Positions 49,757 through 60,872 of a stretch of 64,000 nucleotides of DNA are shown piece after piece. The notes under the pieces are model-generated. The model had not been told where the DNA came from and ran no database searches. It worked only from the letters and a program-made list of their open reading frames with translations. Both the position numbers and the translations under genes were made by a program. The first letter of the stretch is position 1, and every line of letters starts with the position of its first letter. Location of the stretch: assembly GCA_963666285.1 (NCBI GenBank), contig OY762711.1; one strand, given 5' to 3'. The stretch is from Sedimentisphaerales bacterium. GTDB taxonomy: Bacteria; Planctomycetota; Phycisphaerae; Sedimentisphaerales; SM23-30.

Positions 49757-52165
49757 TTATTGACACATCTCAACATATATATGGGTACAATTAAGCCATT
49801 CTTCACAGATAAGAGTAAAATCGAGTAAATTGACCATACAATCATTATTCAGATCACCTGCCATTACAGGAGAACAACCGTAATCATATATAAGTTCTAT
49901 GCCGGGATTATTGGCTTTTATCGCTGGAATATGAACCTGATATGCTTCCAATGAAAGCTGTTCGATATCATGAATATCCAATTTCTGTAAGGTATTTATT
50001 TCGGGATCAGCTAATCGAGAAATATCACCTATTGGATTACTATACAGATATATGTAGCGTATCTTTTCCCAATTTGAAAGGTCGGGAATATCACCTATGT
50101 CATTATTAGCTAAATGAACATATTCCAAAGTACTGATATTCTTAATCCCATCAATATCATCAATATCATTAGTATACAAATAAACAGTCTTTAAACTAAT
50201 GGCCGTCTCAAGGCCGACAAGACTGGTTATCCCTAAACTATTAGCCCTTAGATAAGTTAATTTTAACATATCTGTTTCCGTAATCGGAGGATAAATACCT
50301 TGCTTGGCCAACTCATCCTCAACGGCTTTCTGCAGATTGGCATCTTCAAAATATACTACATCCTGAATAAACTCGTAAGCCCCCATATCAACGACTCCAT
50401 TGGGCTCAAAGTCCGGGCCGGGATAAACTCCGGTATCAAGAGTAAACGGGTCGTCCATACAGCGAGGATAGCCATCAAGGTCTAGTTGCAATTCTAACGG
50501 AACGGCAGAGCCGTCGCCGGCATCAATACAAGGTGAGTTTGGTGAGAGCCTAAAATTGTCATCAAGATTACCGGGCATCCAATCTGGACCTGCAGGATCA
50601 ACAAGCATAGGATCATTTCCAATATTTCCTTCTCCGCCTAAATCTCCGGTCAAACCCTGTATACAGCAATAGTTAACATTTACATTTGTATTGGTGCCAC
50701 CAATCTGAGCTGTCTCATCCTGCAAGCTAAAATTCGTATCAACATTTTCCCAGAATATACAATTTGTTACCTTAGGGTAGCAATAGTATCCGGCATTTGC
50801 TATCCCTCCGCCATATTCCTTTGCCAAATTCCACCAGAATGTACAATTGATAAATTCAGCAGTGTTTGGAAATCTTGAATCATAATACGTATTAAATATT
50901 GCTCCACCACTATATGACTGACTGCTATTATAACTAAATATACAATTATAAAATTTAGCCGCTCTACTATAATTATATACAGCCCCACCATATCCGACTT
51001 CTGTTCTATTATTATAGAATTCACAACCAAAAAATTCTGAATAGCTAAAACTATTTAACACTGCTCCACCACTATTATACGCTTCATTATCCAGAAATAT
51101 TGAATCTAGAACCCTAATATCACAACTGTCGTTGAATATAGCACCACCATCTGCCGTAGTATAATTTGAATAAAATTGGCAGTTGCTTGCAACAGGAAAG
51201 CTGCCATTACTTATCACTCCAGAATGATAATTATATATAGCACCTCCATTATTAGACTTATTCATTTCGAATAAACAATTTTCAAAAGCCGGACTACTAT
51301 CCTCATTTATAAATACGGCACCACCTTTCGAACTTTCATTACTAATAAAATCACAATCAAATATTTTAAGACTACTATATAATGTATACAAAGCTCCGCC
51401 ATCATTAGCATTATTAGAAATAAAGTAACAATCTTCAATTTTCCAGTTAATACTATTAGATTGACAATATATACCACCGCCACGCTTCGAATAATTATTA
51501 CTAAATTGGCACTCAGTAACAACCGGCTTACATCCAACATCCTTATTATATATACCTCCACCATATTCTTTTGAAGCATTTCCTGTAAATATACAATTAG
51601 TTACCGTTGGACTGCTATTTGTAGTATTATACCACCCCCCACCTCTATCATAATCGGCTGTTCCATCGGCCTGGCCTCCGTAAACTGTAATACCATCAAG
51701 TGCTGTTAGCGGACCACAAAATTGTCCAACAAGAACGTGATAGCTATTATCTGCCCTGGTTGTATCTGCAATCAAATTGACAGCTTCAACTCCAGGTTCG
51801 TCATCACCAAGCAAATCACCGCTTAACAATGTAACATTATTACTAATATCCCTTTCACCGCCACCAGCAGGATATCCACCATAAATTATAACTCCATTCT
51901 TGAATACAAAAGACGCTTCACGATCACCTGGCGTATAACCATCACCTTTATCCGGACAATAAGTACCGGCAGCGACACGAATTTCATCATAAGCAACGGC
52001 CTCGGCAACAGCATCCTGCAAATAAATATAAGCATCCTCCCATGAGGTGCCATTATCAGCACCAACTGAGGCAGCGTCTACATATATAATCTTTGCATCT
52101 AAACCCTGAGAAAAAAACACTAATAGTAATCCAACAATCATTCTCAACAATAATATCTTCTTCAT
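49757..52165 (-). CDS. Secreted parallel beta-helix protein with LRR and dockerin-like domains
   Basis: Start MKKILL at 52165; GTSWEDA, repeated GGAI.N/F..N, SPCIDAG..VDMGAYE, F.DANL + LRRs, GDLNNDCMVNLLD..WL. Confidence 0.8.
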   Translation of the reverse strand: MKKILLLRMIVGLLLVFFSQGLDAKIIYVDAASVGADNGTSWEDAYIYLQDAVAEAVAYDEIRVAAGTYCPDKGDGYTPGDREASFVFKNGVIIYGGYPAGGGERDISNNVTLLSGDLLGDDEPGVEAVNLIADTTRADNSYHVLVGQFCGPLTALDGITVYGGQADGTADYDRGGGWYNTTNSSPTVTNCIFTGNASKEYGGGIYNKDVGCKPVVTECQFSNNYSKRGGGIYCQSNSINWKIEDCYFISNNANDGGALYTLYSSLKIFDCDFISNESSKGGAVFINEDSSPAFENCLFEMNKSNNGGAIYNYHSGVISNGSFPVASNCQFYSNYTTADGGAIFNDSCDIRVLDSIFLDNEAYNSGGAVLNSFSYSEFFGCEFYNNRTEVGYGGAVYNYSRAAKFYNCIFSYNSSQSYSGGAIFNTYYDSRFPNTAEFINCTFWWNLAKEYGGGIANAGYYCYPKVTNCIFWENVDTNFSLQDETAQIGGTNTNVNVNYCCIQGLTGDLGGEGNIGNDPMLVDPAGPDWMPGNLDDNFRLSPNSPCIDAGDGSAVPLELQLDLDGYPRCMDDPFTLDTGVYPGPDFEPNGVVDMGAYEFIQDVVYFEDANLQKAVEDELAKQGIYPPITETDMLKLTYLRANSLGITSLVGLETAISLKTVYLYTNDIDDIDGIKNISTLEYVHLANNDIGDIPDLSNWEKIRYIYLYSNPIGDISRLADPEINTLQKLDIHDIEQLSLEAYQVHIPAIKANNPGIELIYDYGCSPVMAGDLNNDCMVNLLDFTLICEEWLNCTHIYVEMCQ

Positions 52166-52666
52166 TTTATAGCTCCAAGAGTAATAAAAGCAGTTAAACA
52201 ATAAATTAAGACAACAAGCCAAAAGTATTACAACCGCAAACCAGTTAACCAAAAAAGTTAACATACAAAAACATTACTTAAACACTAGGAACTATAAACC
52301 ATGTATTTCAAATTAAATAAACCGATAAATTTCAATAGTGCTAAAATAAAAAATCTTAAATAACAAAACATTCCACAATAAAGATAAATGATATAACAAA
52401 GTAAACATTAACAGTAATTTATAAAACACATAACTTTTGATGGTTTAATATATACACTGTATTTTTATTAAAATAACTTTATTATATTTAGTATTATTTA
52501 CCCTAAACTAGGTAAAAACAATTAGTTAAACCTTCCCTAAATATAGAGTACAAATATAAAAACCATCAAGAAAACTCATAAATAAAAAGGGGATATCGCC
52601 TATAATAAAAAGGCAAGATACAAACAGTTTCATAATTGAATACCCTTATAATTTATTATCAATTAA

Positions 52667-52695
52667 TTGACAATAAATCACATACGGTATATATT
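52667..52695 (+). promoter_or_regulatory. Sigma70-like promoter
   Basis: TTGACA-N17-TATATT upstream of the aldo/keto reductase. Confidence 0.6.
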
Positions 52696-52742
52696 GGAAC
52701 CTGTACAGAAACAATAACTTAACAATAATAATTGACACTTTT

Positions 52743-53936
52743 ATGAAATACAGACGATTTGGCAAGACTGAACTATCGATGCCTGTGGTATCGTGCGGCG
52801 GTATGCGTTACCAGTTTGACTGGAAAGATAAGCCGCTGGAAGAAATTCCAAATGAGAACCAGGAAAACCTGGAAGCGACTATACGCCGTTCGGTCGAGCT
52901 GGGCATAAACCATATAGAAACCGCACGCGGATACGGCAGTTCGGAACGACAGCTCGGACTTATATTACCGGAATTCCCGCGAGACGAGATCATCGTTCAG
53001 ACCAAGATAGGACCTAACGAAAAAACTGAGGAATTTATCAAAGGTTTTGAAGAATCGCTGGAAAGGTTGAAACTGGACAATGTCGACCTTCTATCGATAC
53101 ATGGAATCAATCACGCTCCTACCCTGGACTGGTCTGTTCGCAAAGGCGGATGCCTGGAGGCGGCAAGGAAGTTTCAAGACCAGGGACTGGCAAAGCATAT
53201 AGGCTTTTCCACACATGGGCCTACCGATATAATTGTCAAAGCGATAGAAACTGATGTTTTTGGCGGGTTCGATTATGTTAACCTACACTGGTACTATATC
53301 AATCAACTAAACTGGCCCGCAATCGAAGCTGCTGCCAAAAGAGATATGGGCGTTTTTATCATAAGCCCAACCGACAAAGGCGGCATGCTGCATAAACCGT
53401 CTGAAAAAATAATGCAGTTGACAGAACCGCTGCACCCGATAGTATTTAATGACCTGTTTTGCCTGATGCAGGAAAAGATCCATACCATTAGTATTGGCGC
53501 GAGCTGTCCGGACGACTTTAACCTCCATATTGAAGCTGTCGAACTATTGGATAATGCCGCTAATCTGGTAGCACCAATAGTTGAGAAGCTGGAAAATGCG
53601 AAACTGGAGGCTGTCGGAGAAAAACTGGCCAACCCTTTTGACCTGGACATACCGGACTGGGATAAATGCCCTGACGGAATAAATGCCAGGGTTATTGTTT
53701 GGCTGTGGATGCTGCTAAAAACATTTGACTTGATAGATTATGGCAAAAGCCGCTTTAATCTAATGGGTAATGCCGAACACTGGTTTCCGGGCGAAAAGCC
53801 GGAGAATTTTGATAACGACGGCTGGCATGAAATTGCTGACCAAAGCGGGCTGGGCGATCAATTATTGGATATACTGCGAGAAGCAAAAGAGACCATGGGC
53901 GGCGAGGAAGTAAAAAGGCTAAGTAAAAGCGAATAA
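52743..53936 (+). CDS. Aldo/keto reductase family protein
   Basis: MKYRRFGKTEL, GINHIETARGYG.SE, HIGFSTHG. Confidence 0.9.
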   Translation: MKYRRFGKTELSMPVVSCGGMRYQFDWKDKPLEEIPNENQENLEATIRRSVELGINHIETARGYGSSERQLGLILPEFPRDEIIVQTKIGPNEKTEEFIKGFEESLERLKLDNVDLLSIHGINHAPTLDWSVRKGGCLEAARKFQDQGLAKHIGFSTHGPTDIIVKAIETDVFGGFDYVNLHWYYINQLNWPAIEAAAKRDMGVFIISPTDKGGMLHKPSEKIMQLTEPLHPIVFNDLFCLMQEKIHTISIGASCPDDFNLHIEAVELLDNAANLVAPIVEKLENAKLEAVGEKLANPFDLDIPDWDKCPDGINARVIVWLWMLLKTFDLIDYGKSRFNLMGNAEHWFPGEKPENFDNDGWHEIADQSGLGDQLLDILREAKETMGGEEVKRLSKSE

Positions 53937-53974
53937 ATCTCTCGATCAAAATGAATTTATGAGGTTACCAATTT

Positions 53975-54194
53975 AGTTTACTTTCGCAGTTTTTAAGTTG
54001 CAACAACAATGTACCTTTGGTAATTCGCCTAAAATGGCCTTCCTGCAACACTTATGTTTTAAACAAAGCGTGAGACGATAGCGAATTATTCCTGATGTCA
54101 ACGTACATCGGGACACCTTAATTTTTCACTTCACTATTCGTTTTTCACTTAATTTTGTGTATAATGTTGAACAGTCATAAGTGCGATACCGCAC
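53975..54194. repeat. Dispersed intergenic element, copy B
   Basis: Three blocks nearly identical to 26950-27132. Confidence 0.8.
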
Positions 54195-54214
54195 ATTTAT
54201 AAAGGAATAAGAAT

Positions 54215-54751
54215 ATGCAGACGAAGACAGGAATAAAAGATTTAATGGCACTGGATGTATGTTTCAGGACTATTGCGGCTCTACTGGCAATGGCAATTGC
54301 TGGGGCACTACTGGCAGCATTGTGCAAAGATATAACTATGCCGTATTTGTTTGGTGTTAAAGTACATGTATTCCAATATTTCATTCTGCTGGCAGCGTTT
54401 GGTTTCGGTCCGCTCGGCGGAGCTGCTGTCGGTGCTGCAAGCTGCTGGATTACTGCAATGGCACTGGGCAACCCATATATAATTGTTGGCAACGCCCTGC
54501 TTGGTTTTGTTGCGGGTTTTATGTATCGCAAAACCAATCACATCGCTATATCGGTTGTGATCGCATTCATATGCCAGGTACTATGGATACTGCTCAGCGA
54601 TATATTCTTCATGCATATGCCGATAGCAAGAGTCGGAATTATCATATTGAGTCTGTTCATTTTCGATATCCTTTGGTCTGTATGCGCCGGATTGACATAT
54701 CATGCGATTAGGAAACACTTTAAAGTAAATAAATCAATTCAAAGCGACTGA
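54215..54751 (+). CDS. ECF transporter S-component-like membrane protein
   Basis: About 5-6 TMs, FGPLGGAAVG motif; substrate unknown. Confidence 0.65.
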   Translation: MQTKTGIKDLMALDVCFRTIAALLAMAIAGALLAALCKDITMPYLFGVKVHVFQYFILLAAFGFGPLGGAAVGAASCWITAMALGNPYIIVGNALLGFVAGFMYRKTNHIAISVVIAFICQVLWILLSDIFFMHMPIARVGIIILSLFIFDILWSVCAGLTYHAIRKHFKVNKSIQSD

Positions 54752-54946
54752 TTTTCACTTTGTTTAACTCTAACACATTGTAATAGAATTCGTTATATTA
54801 GAGCACTTTAATTAACCTGCCGCTTTGCGGCAATCCTTGCCTAATACCTGGTACCAAATACCTTTCAAACTCTACACCTGTCAGTTTGAGTAACTAAATT
54901 TAATTTTCGTTTTGGCGACAGCCTGTTCAAACCTGTAAATCTGCAA

Positions 54947-55351
54947 ATGAATAATTCATTAGAAGTGTATAATTCAGACGGTATAATCGTTTTCGAGCGG
55001 GACGGCAAATGGCTGCACCCGCTATTTGCATTAATGGACTACCTGTCGGAACCGGAAAATGAAATGGATATCACAAATTGCACCTTGCATGATAAGATAA
55101 TAGGTGCCGCAGCAGCAGTGCTGATAATAAAGATGGGCTTCAGAAAATGTCATGGCCTGCTCATGTCAGAAAAAGCTGCTGCATTATTCAAACAGCATGA
55201 AATCGAGTATAACTATGATAAGATGGTCGAGGGGATATTGTGCAAAACAGAGAAGATGATAGAACCGAATGACAGCATAAACACAGCCGTAGAGAGATTA
55301 ATTGAGTTACGCAAAGAAAACAGACAAAAAATGAATAAAAACAGCCAGTGA
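54947..55351 (+). CDS. DUF1893 (TM1506-like) protein
   Basis: LHPL, DKIIGAAAA, MSEKA and C.TE motifs. Confidence 0.75.
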   Translation: MNNSLEVYNSDGIIVFERDGKWLHPLFALMDYLSEPENEMDITNCTLHDKIIGAAAAVLIIKMGFRKCHGLLMSEKAAALFKQHEIEYNYDKMVEGILCKTEKMIEPNDSINTAVERLIELRKENRQKMNKNSQ

Positions 55352-56151
55352 AGAGTTACAAAGCAACACAAAAATATGGACCAATAAAAAGACAAATGAG
55401 GCAATTATAGGACAATTGATGCAAATATTGAAACATGCTAAAACTGGGTTAAAAAACATTTTTTTAAGTATTTTGCTGAAATTAAACTTTCCCGCACAAT
55501 TCCATAAAGCATAACACCTTCCAAATAAACAACTTACATATATTGCAACATTAAAAACACCTGCTATTTGATTCAGATATGAATTGTTAAAAATTATTTT
55601 TTTATTTGGCATTATGGCACTAAAGTTTATATAATAAATAAAGTCAAAAAAGTAGTTCTGGCTTTTTTATAGTATTTGAATTTATGAGCAACATAAGCAG
55701 GAGAAAAGACCATTTCTATTAGTTCGATTTTGTTATTATAAAACTTTGCGATTCTCTTGAAATATGTTAATTTAGCGTGTTTTTTTTACGATAATGAAAT
55801 AGCAGAAAAAACAGTAAAACTGAAAAAGGTATTATTTTGTTGCATTGAAAAAAGTTTTTTGATATATTTTTACCTATCTAGTGGATTCTAATTGCATAAT
55901 TGCATTTATTTCAATGTGGCCAAACAATAATTATCGGCGTTCAGTGCGCATTTTAGACGTAGTCAGTTTGCGCGCATGTTTCGATATAGTCTGGTCGTAT
56001 TGGGGTATTTTGTACTATTCGTACAGCCTAAAATTAAGATAAATAAACATAAGAAAAGTGAATGCTTGTAAGCATTGACCATAATCGTATTGTAACAGCT
56101 GCTGTGTAGCAGCATAATATTTCACTTAATTTCTTATGGAGGATTGACAAC

Positions 56152-58509
56152 ATGAAGAAATTGTATTTGTTATTGTTGGTATTAGGTATTGGATCTCAGG
56201 TTGCATTAGCTGAGACAGTAATCGACCGAACAAATTTTGGGGTCATCGACTATAGTACTTCTATTAACGCAGTGGAAGCACCCCCAGCGTTATTTGATGG
56301 CTATAAAGAAACTAAATGGCTGTCAGAAGGCGGCGATCCACTTTCATGGATGACTTATGAATTCCAAAGCGGTAGATCTTACGCTATCAATTCTTATGCC
56401 ATGACCTCGGCTAACGATGCGTCTAATCGTGACCCTAAGAGCTGGATACTTTCAGGTTCTAACGACGGCGGAACAACATGGACTGAAGTTGATCACAGAA
56501 CTGATGAAGTATGGACAGCACGGTTTGAACGTCGTGTTTTCAAGTTCACAAATACTGTGCCTTACAAGATGTACAAGCTTCAGATAACTGCCAACTATGG
56601 TGAGCATTTCACCCAGTTTTCAGAACTGGAATTAATCCAGGATGGTATTTCACGTACAGCATATAGTAATGTAACATGGAGTAGCCAATGGAATTGGGAC
56701 GAAGGCGGTCTAAGAGCATTCGATAATATGCAGACAGATGGCAATCACACCAAATGGATGGCAGCAGACGGACAAACAACCGGTTGGCTGCAGTATGAAT
56801 TTTTAGGTGGTCGTGCATATGCACTTAATGGCTATACAATTACATCAGCAAATGACTGGCCAAGTCGTGACCCTCGCGACTGGACATTCCAGGGTTCATT
56901 TGACGGCGTAACCTGGGAAATTCTAGATACTCAGGCAGGTCAGTACTGGCAGGATGGCGCTGAAGATTATCGCTATACTCCAAAGACATATACTTTTGAC
57001 AACAATATTGCATATCCTTATTACAAGCTCGATATCACACTGAACAATGGTGCCGGTAATACAGTGGCACTAGCAGAAGTGGAACTATTGGAACGTACCT
57101 TAGATGGTTCAGCTACATATGTTTCTCCGGCAGAAGCAGCAGTAGAAGTTGAAACTGATTCTCTTCTTGAATGGGTAGCTGGTACTGATTCCGCTATCAT
57201 CGGTCAGTATGTACACATGGGTACATCTCCAGATGCTATGGTAGCATTAAATGCTGATTCAATGCTTGCTGCCAATGCAACATCATTTGACCCTGAACTA
57301 ATAACAGATTCAACATACTACTGGCAGATCGAAGGCGCTCTTTCAAGTAATAGTGAAGCCGGCGATCCTAACAATATCTGGAGTCGCGTATGGAGATTCA
57401 CAACAAAAACTTCTGTTGTTACATTCAATCCTGATTATCCTGAAGATGCTTTCTCGTTCCCTGGTGAAGAAGCATCATTTGAAGTTAAAGCTGCTGACCC
57501 TCTGGGCGGAGAAATTGCATACCAGTGGTTTATCGATGGTGACGGCAACCCAGACACAAACAGCGAATCTCCTCTTGTAAACGGTGCAGACTATGAAGGC
57601 GTTAATACAGCTACTCTTATCGTGAAGAACGGTACTCCTGGTTATTACAGATGCGGAGCTACTAATACATCTGGTAAGACAACTTATTCTGACTATGCTC
57701 GTCTATATGTCAAAGAGAAACTGGCACACTGGACTCTGGACTCTGCTGATTTTGACGGTACTGTCTATGTAGATTCTACTGGTAACGGCAATAACGCTAC
57801 ACCTGATGGTCCTCCAGTATTTACTGACGGTGTTGTTGATGACGACCTGGATGCAAGTAATGCAGTTACTGAAGGCGCTATCACTGTACTGGATCCAAAC
57901 AGTACTGCAAGCGTTGGCACATTCAATCCTGGCGAAGATACCGGCAGATTCTCAGTTTCTGCTTGGGTTAAGAGACAGGAAAATGCTGAAAATGTTGGTA
58001 TCAATATGATCGTTGCTAAACGTGACGGATGGACTGCTAGTGAAGAAAGCCTATGGCAGTTCATGGCTATTGAAAGCGATCATTCATTTAGAATGCAGTC
58101 TTATGGATTGTCAACTGTAAATACTGCTTCAAATGTATTCGTTGATGACGAATGGGTACACGTTGTAGTAACCTTCAACGGCACTCATGCAAGAATCTAT
58201 GTTGACGGTGCACAAGAAGCTGTAGGCACTTTCCAGCTGGCAGCAGGAACAGATGCAACCTTCCGTATCGGTCGCAACGACAGCTTGACTGAAAGATTCG
58301 AAGGTCCTATCGACGATGTACAGGTATTTAACTTTGATCTGTCTGCTGAAGAAGTAGTTGATCTATACTTCGCTGAAACTGGTACACCAAAATGTATCTA
58401 TGGCAACCCTGCAGCTGATATCAATGGCGACTGTGATGTTAATATCCTTGACATTGCAGACTTGGCCGGCAATTGGCTGGATCATGGTTACTACCCAGAT
58501 CGTCCATAA
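56152..58509 (+). CDS. Secreted protein with two F5/8-like (discoidin) domains, Ig-like, LamG and dockerin-like domains
   Basis: SD GGAGG; signal peptide; two SAND...RDP..W...GS.DG..W repeats; W.HVVVTF..YVDG..F.G.IDDV; DINGDCDVNILD..WL. Confidence 0.82.
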   Translation: MKKLYLLLLVLGIGSQVALAETVIDRTNFGVIDYSTSINAVEAPPALFDGYKETKWLSEGGDPLSWMTYEFQSGRSYAINSYAMTSANDASNRDPKSWILSGSNDGGTTWTEVDHRTDEVWTARFERRVFKFTNTVPYKMYKLQITANYGEHFTQFSELELIQDGISRTAYSNVTWSSQWNWDEGGLRAFDNMQTDGNHTKWMAADGQTTGWLQYEFLGGRAYALNGYTITSANDWPSRDPRDWTFQGSFDGVTWEILDTQAGQYWQDGAEDYRYTPKTYTFDNNIAYPYYKLDITLNNGAGNTVALAEVELLERTLDGSATYVSPAEAAVEVETDSLLEWVAGTDSAIIGQYVHMGTSPDAMVALNADSMLAANATSFDPELITDSTYYWQIEGALSSNSEAGDPNNIWSRVWRFTTKTSVVTFNPDYPEDAFSFPGEEASFEVKAADPLGGEIAYQWFIDGDGNPDTNSESPLVNGADYEGVNTATLIVKNGTPGYYRCGATNTSGKTTYSDYARLYVKEKLAHWTLDSADFDGTVYVDSTGNGNNATPDGPPVFTDGVVDDDLDASNAVTEGAITVLDPNSTASVGTFNPGEDTGRFSVSAWVKRQENAENVGINMIVAKRDGWTASEESLWQFMAIESDHSFRMQSYGLSTVNTASNVFVDDEWVHVVVTFNGTHARIYVDGAQEAVGTFQLAAGTDATFRIGRNDSLTERFEGPIDDVQVFNFDLSAEEVVDLYFAETGTPKCIYGNPAADINGDCDVNILDIADLAGNWLDHGYYPDRP

Positions 58510-58562
58510 TGAAATGAACATACATCGGTCATAATACTTGACTGATAATTGTTTAACAAATC

Positions 58563-58604
58563 AAAGCGGATTGTGCTGCCTCGCAGTGCAGTCCGCTTTT
58601 TTTT
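58563..58604 (+). terminator. Intrinsic terminator
   Basis: AAAGCGGATTGTGCTGC/GCAGTGCAGTCCGCTTT stem followed by a T-run. Confidence 0.8.
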
Positions 58605-58782
58605 ATTACCTGAACCGGCTAATACTAAGCTTATAATTATTCCCAAAAAATATGATGCCGGTTGCCCTGACCGCAAGCATAAGTAGAAAACAAAAACTTA
58701 TATAAGTTCTATTCTGTCAATAAAAAAAGAAGCAGAAAATCAATCCTGCTTCCTTCTTGAATTTTAACAAACTGAATAGAAG

Positions 58783-60645
58783 CTATTCAACCGTAACACT
58801 CTTTGCCAGGTTACGAGGTTTATCAACATCCTGACCGCGGATAACTGCGGCATGATAAGCCAGCAGCTGAAGCGGTATAACGGTCAGCAGCGGCTGTAAT
58901 TCATCCAGGGTATGCGGTACATAAAATACATGCTCGGCATAATTCTGTATCTCGGTATCACCTTCGGTAGCGACAGCGATAATACGACCGCCCCGGGCAC
59001 GAACTTCTTCCATATTGCCGACAACCTTGTCATACTGGCTGCACTTCGGAACTACAAAGACAACCGGCATTTCGTCGGTTATTAGTGCAATCGGGCCATG
59101 TTTCATTTCAGCTGCCGGCATACCTTCGGCATGGATATATGAAATTTCCTTTAGCTTGAGAGCTCCTTCAAGAGCAACCGGGAACTGATAACCCCTTCCA
59201 AGGAAGAGCCAGTTTTCCTGATCGCAGTATTTTTCAACTGTATCACGGATATAATCGCTCTGTTTGAGAACTGTTTCTATCTGGTCTGGAATCTGGTTCA
59301 ATGCTTTCAAATATTTCTGCAGGGCCTGATGTGACATATGACGGCGACGGGCTATAAACAATGCAAGCAATGTAAGCACCGTTACCTGGCCGGTAAAGGC
59401 CTTGGTAGATGCAACGCCGATTTCCGGACCAACATGCAGGTAAACTCCGCAATCCGTTTCACGGGCTATGGTACTTCCAACCGCATTAACAACACCAACA
59501 GTAAGAGCTCCTCGATTTTTTGCCTCTCTCAAAGCGGCAAGAGTATCGATAGTTTCACCTGACTGACTGATAACCACTTGAACGGTATTCTGATCGATTA
59601 TCGGGTTGCGATATCTGAATTCAGAGGCATAATCAATTTCGGTTGGCAGCTGTGCCAACTCTTCCAAAATGTATTCTGCCACCATACCGGCATGTAGCGC
59701 GGTACCACAGGCGGTTATATTCATTTTGCGTGCCAGAACAAGTTCGCGGGCATGGTCGCCCACACCGCCAAGCTTGATAGAACCGTCATTCAGGTCGATA
59801 CGACCGCTAAGACATGCTCTAAGCTTTTCCGGCTGTTCAAATATTTCCTTTTCCATGTAGTGCTTATAGCCGGCAAGTTCGATCTCATCAAGCGAGTATT
59901 CGATCTGCTCGACCTTAGCAACTACCGGGATATTATCAATCGTAGTAGTACGATAGCCATCACGGGTAACAATAGCCATCTCATTATCGCCAAGATAAAT
60001 AGCCTGAGATGTGTGGTTAATTATAGCTGACGCATCGGAAGATACGATATATTCGCCATCACCTACGCCAAGAACAAGCGGGCTGCCTTTGCGAGCGGCA
60101 AGAATCATATCGGGTACTTCGTTGCAGATTATTGTCAAACCATAAGTACCGACAAGCTCGGCAAGTGCCAGACGTGTGGCAACTTCGAGTCTCTTGGCCT
60201 TGGACATACCGGCATCAAACTTATCTTCCTGATGATAAAAATGGCTGATAAGATTGGCAATAACTTCAGAATCTGTATCGCTATGGAACTCGGCACCCTT
60301 GGAAATCAGCCACTTTTTGAGTGTGGCAAAGTTTTCAATGATACCGTTATGCACTATTGCTATTTTGCCGGTATGATCCTTATGAGGATGCGCATTTTTC
60401 TCGATTGGAGGGCCATGGGTAGCCCAACGTGTATGGGCTATGCCGATTGTACCTTTTACGTGGCCTTTATCGAGTTTTTCGGCTAGATCGGCTATACGGC
60501 CCACGCTGCGAACGAGGTTCATCGCACCTTCATCGCAAATTGCAACACCAGAGGAATCGTAACCCCTGTATTCTAAACGCTTTAGACCTTCAACCAGAAT
60601 GTCCTCTGCCTGTTTATCCCCCAGGTAAGCAACTATTCCACACAT
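58783..60645 (-). CDS. glmS: Glutamine-fructose-6-phosphate aminotransferase
   Basis: MCGIV, RGYDS, HTRWATHG, SQSGET, ALKLKE and PRNLAKSVTVE. Confidence 0.98.
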   Translation of the reverse strand: MCGIVAYLGDKQAEDILVEGLKRLEYRGYDSSGVAICDEGAMNLVRSVGRIADLAEKLDKGHVKGTIGIAHTRWATHGPPIEKNAHPHKDHTGKIAIVHNGIIENFATLKKWLISKGAEFHSDTDSEVIANLISHFYHQEDKFDAGMSKAKRLEVATRLALAELVGTYGLTIICNEVPDMILAARKGSPLVLGVGDGEYIVSSDASAIINHTSQAIYLGDNEMAIVTRDGYRTTTIDNIPVVAKVEQIEYSLDEIELAGYKHYMEKEIFEQPEKLRACLSGRIDLNDGSIKLGGVGDHARELVLARKMNITACGTALHAGMVAEYILEELAQLPTEIDYASEFRYRNPIIDQNTVQVVISQSGETIDTLAALREAKNRGALTVGVVNAVGSTIARETDCGVYLHVGPEIGVASTKAFTGQVTVLTLLALFIARRRHMSHQALQKYLKALNQIPDQIETVLKQSDYIRDTVEKYCDQENWLFLGRGYQFPVALEGALKLKEISYIHAEGMPAAEMKHGPIALITDEMPVVFVVPKCSQYDKVVGNMEEVRARGGRIIAVATEGDTEIQNYAEHVFYVPHTLDELQPLLTVIPLQLLAYHAAVIRGQDVDKPRNLAKSVTVE

Positions 60646-60872
60646 AATGTATCTCCAATTATATCAATAATTTATAACTTCTTACACTATATAAATATAT
60701 CGTAAGATAATGCCTGAATCTTTAGCGACATCTGCACAATTATAGGCTAATAATATTCAATTTACATTACATTTATAGCTTTTAATGGTTAACGTTCATA
60801 AAACTCGTATCTACAGTGCTATAGCTAAGCTTTGTTCTTGCTGGTTAAAGTCCGGTCAGCTATAATACCCGA

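Noticed and set aside
8930..55537. Recurrent ACAACTTA(C) word in spacers (8930, 13459, 44716, 55529)
   Set aside because: Short AT-rich word; cannot be distinguished from chance without genome-wide counts.
60646..60872. glmS ribozyme upstream of glmS
   Set aside because: The conserved AGCGCC...GACGAGG core is not visible.
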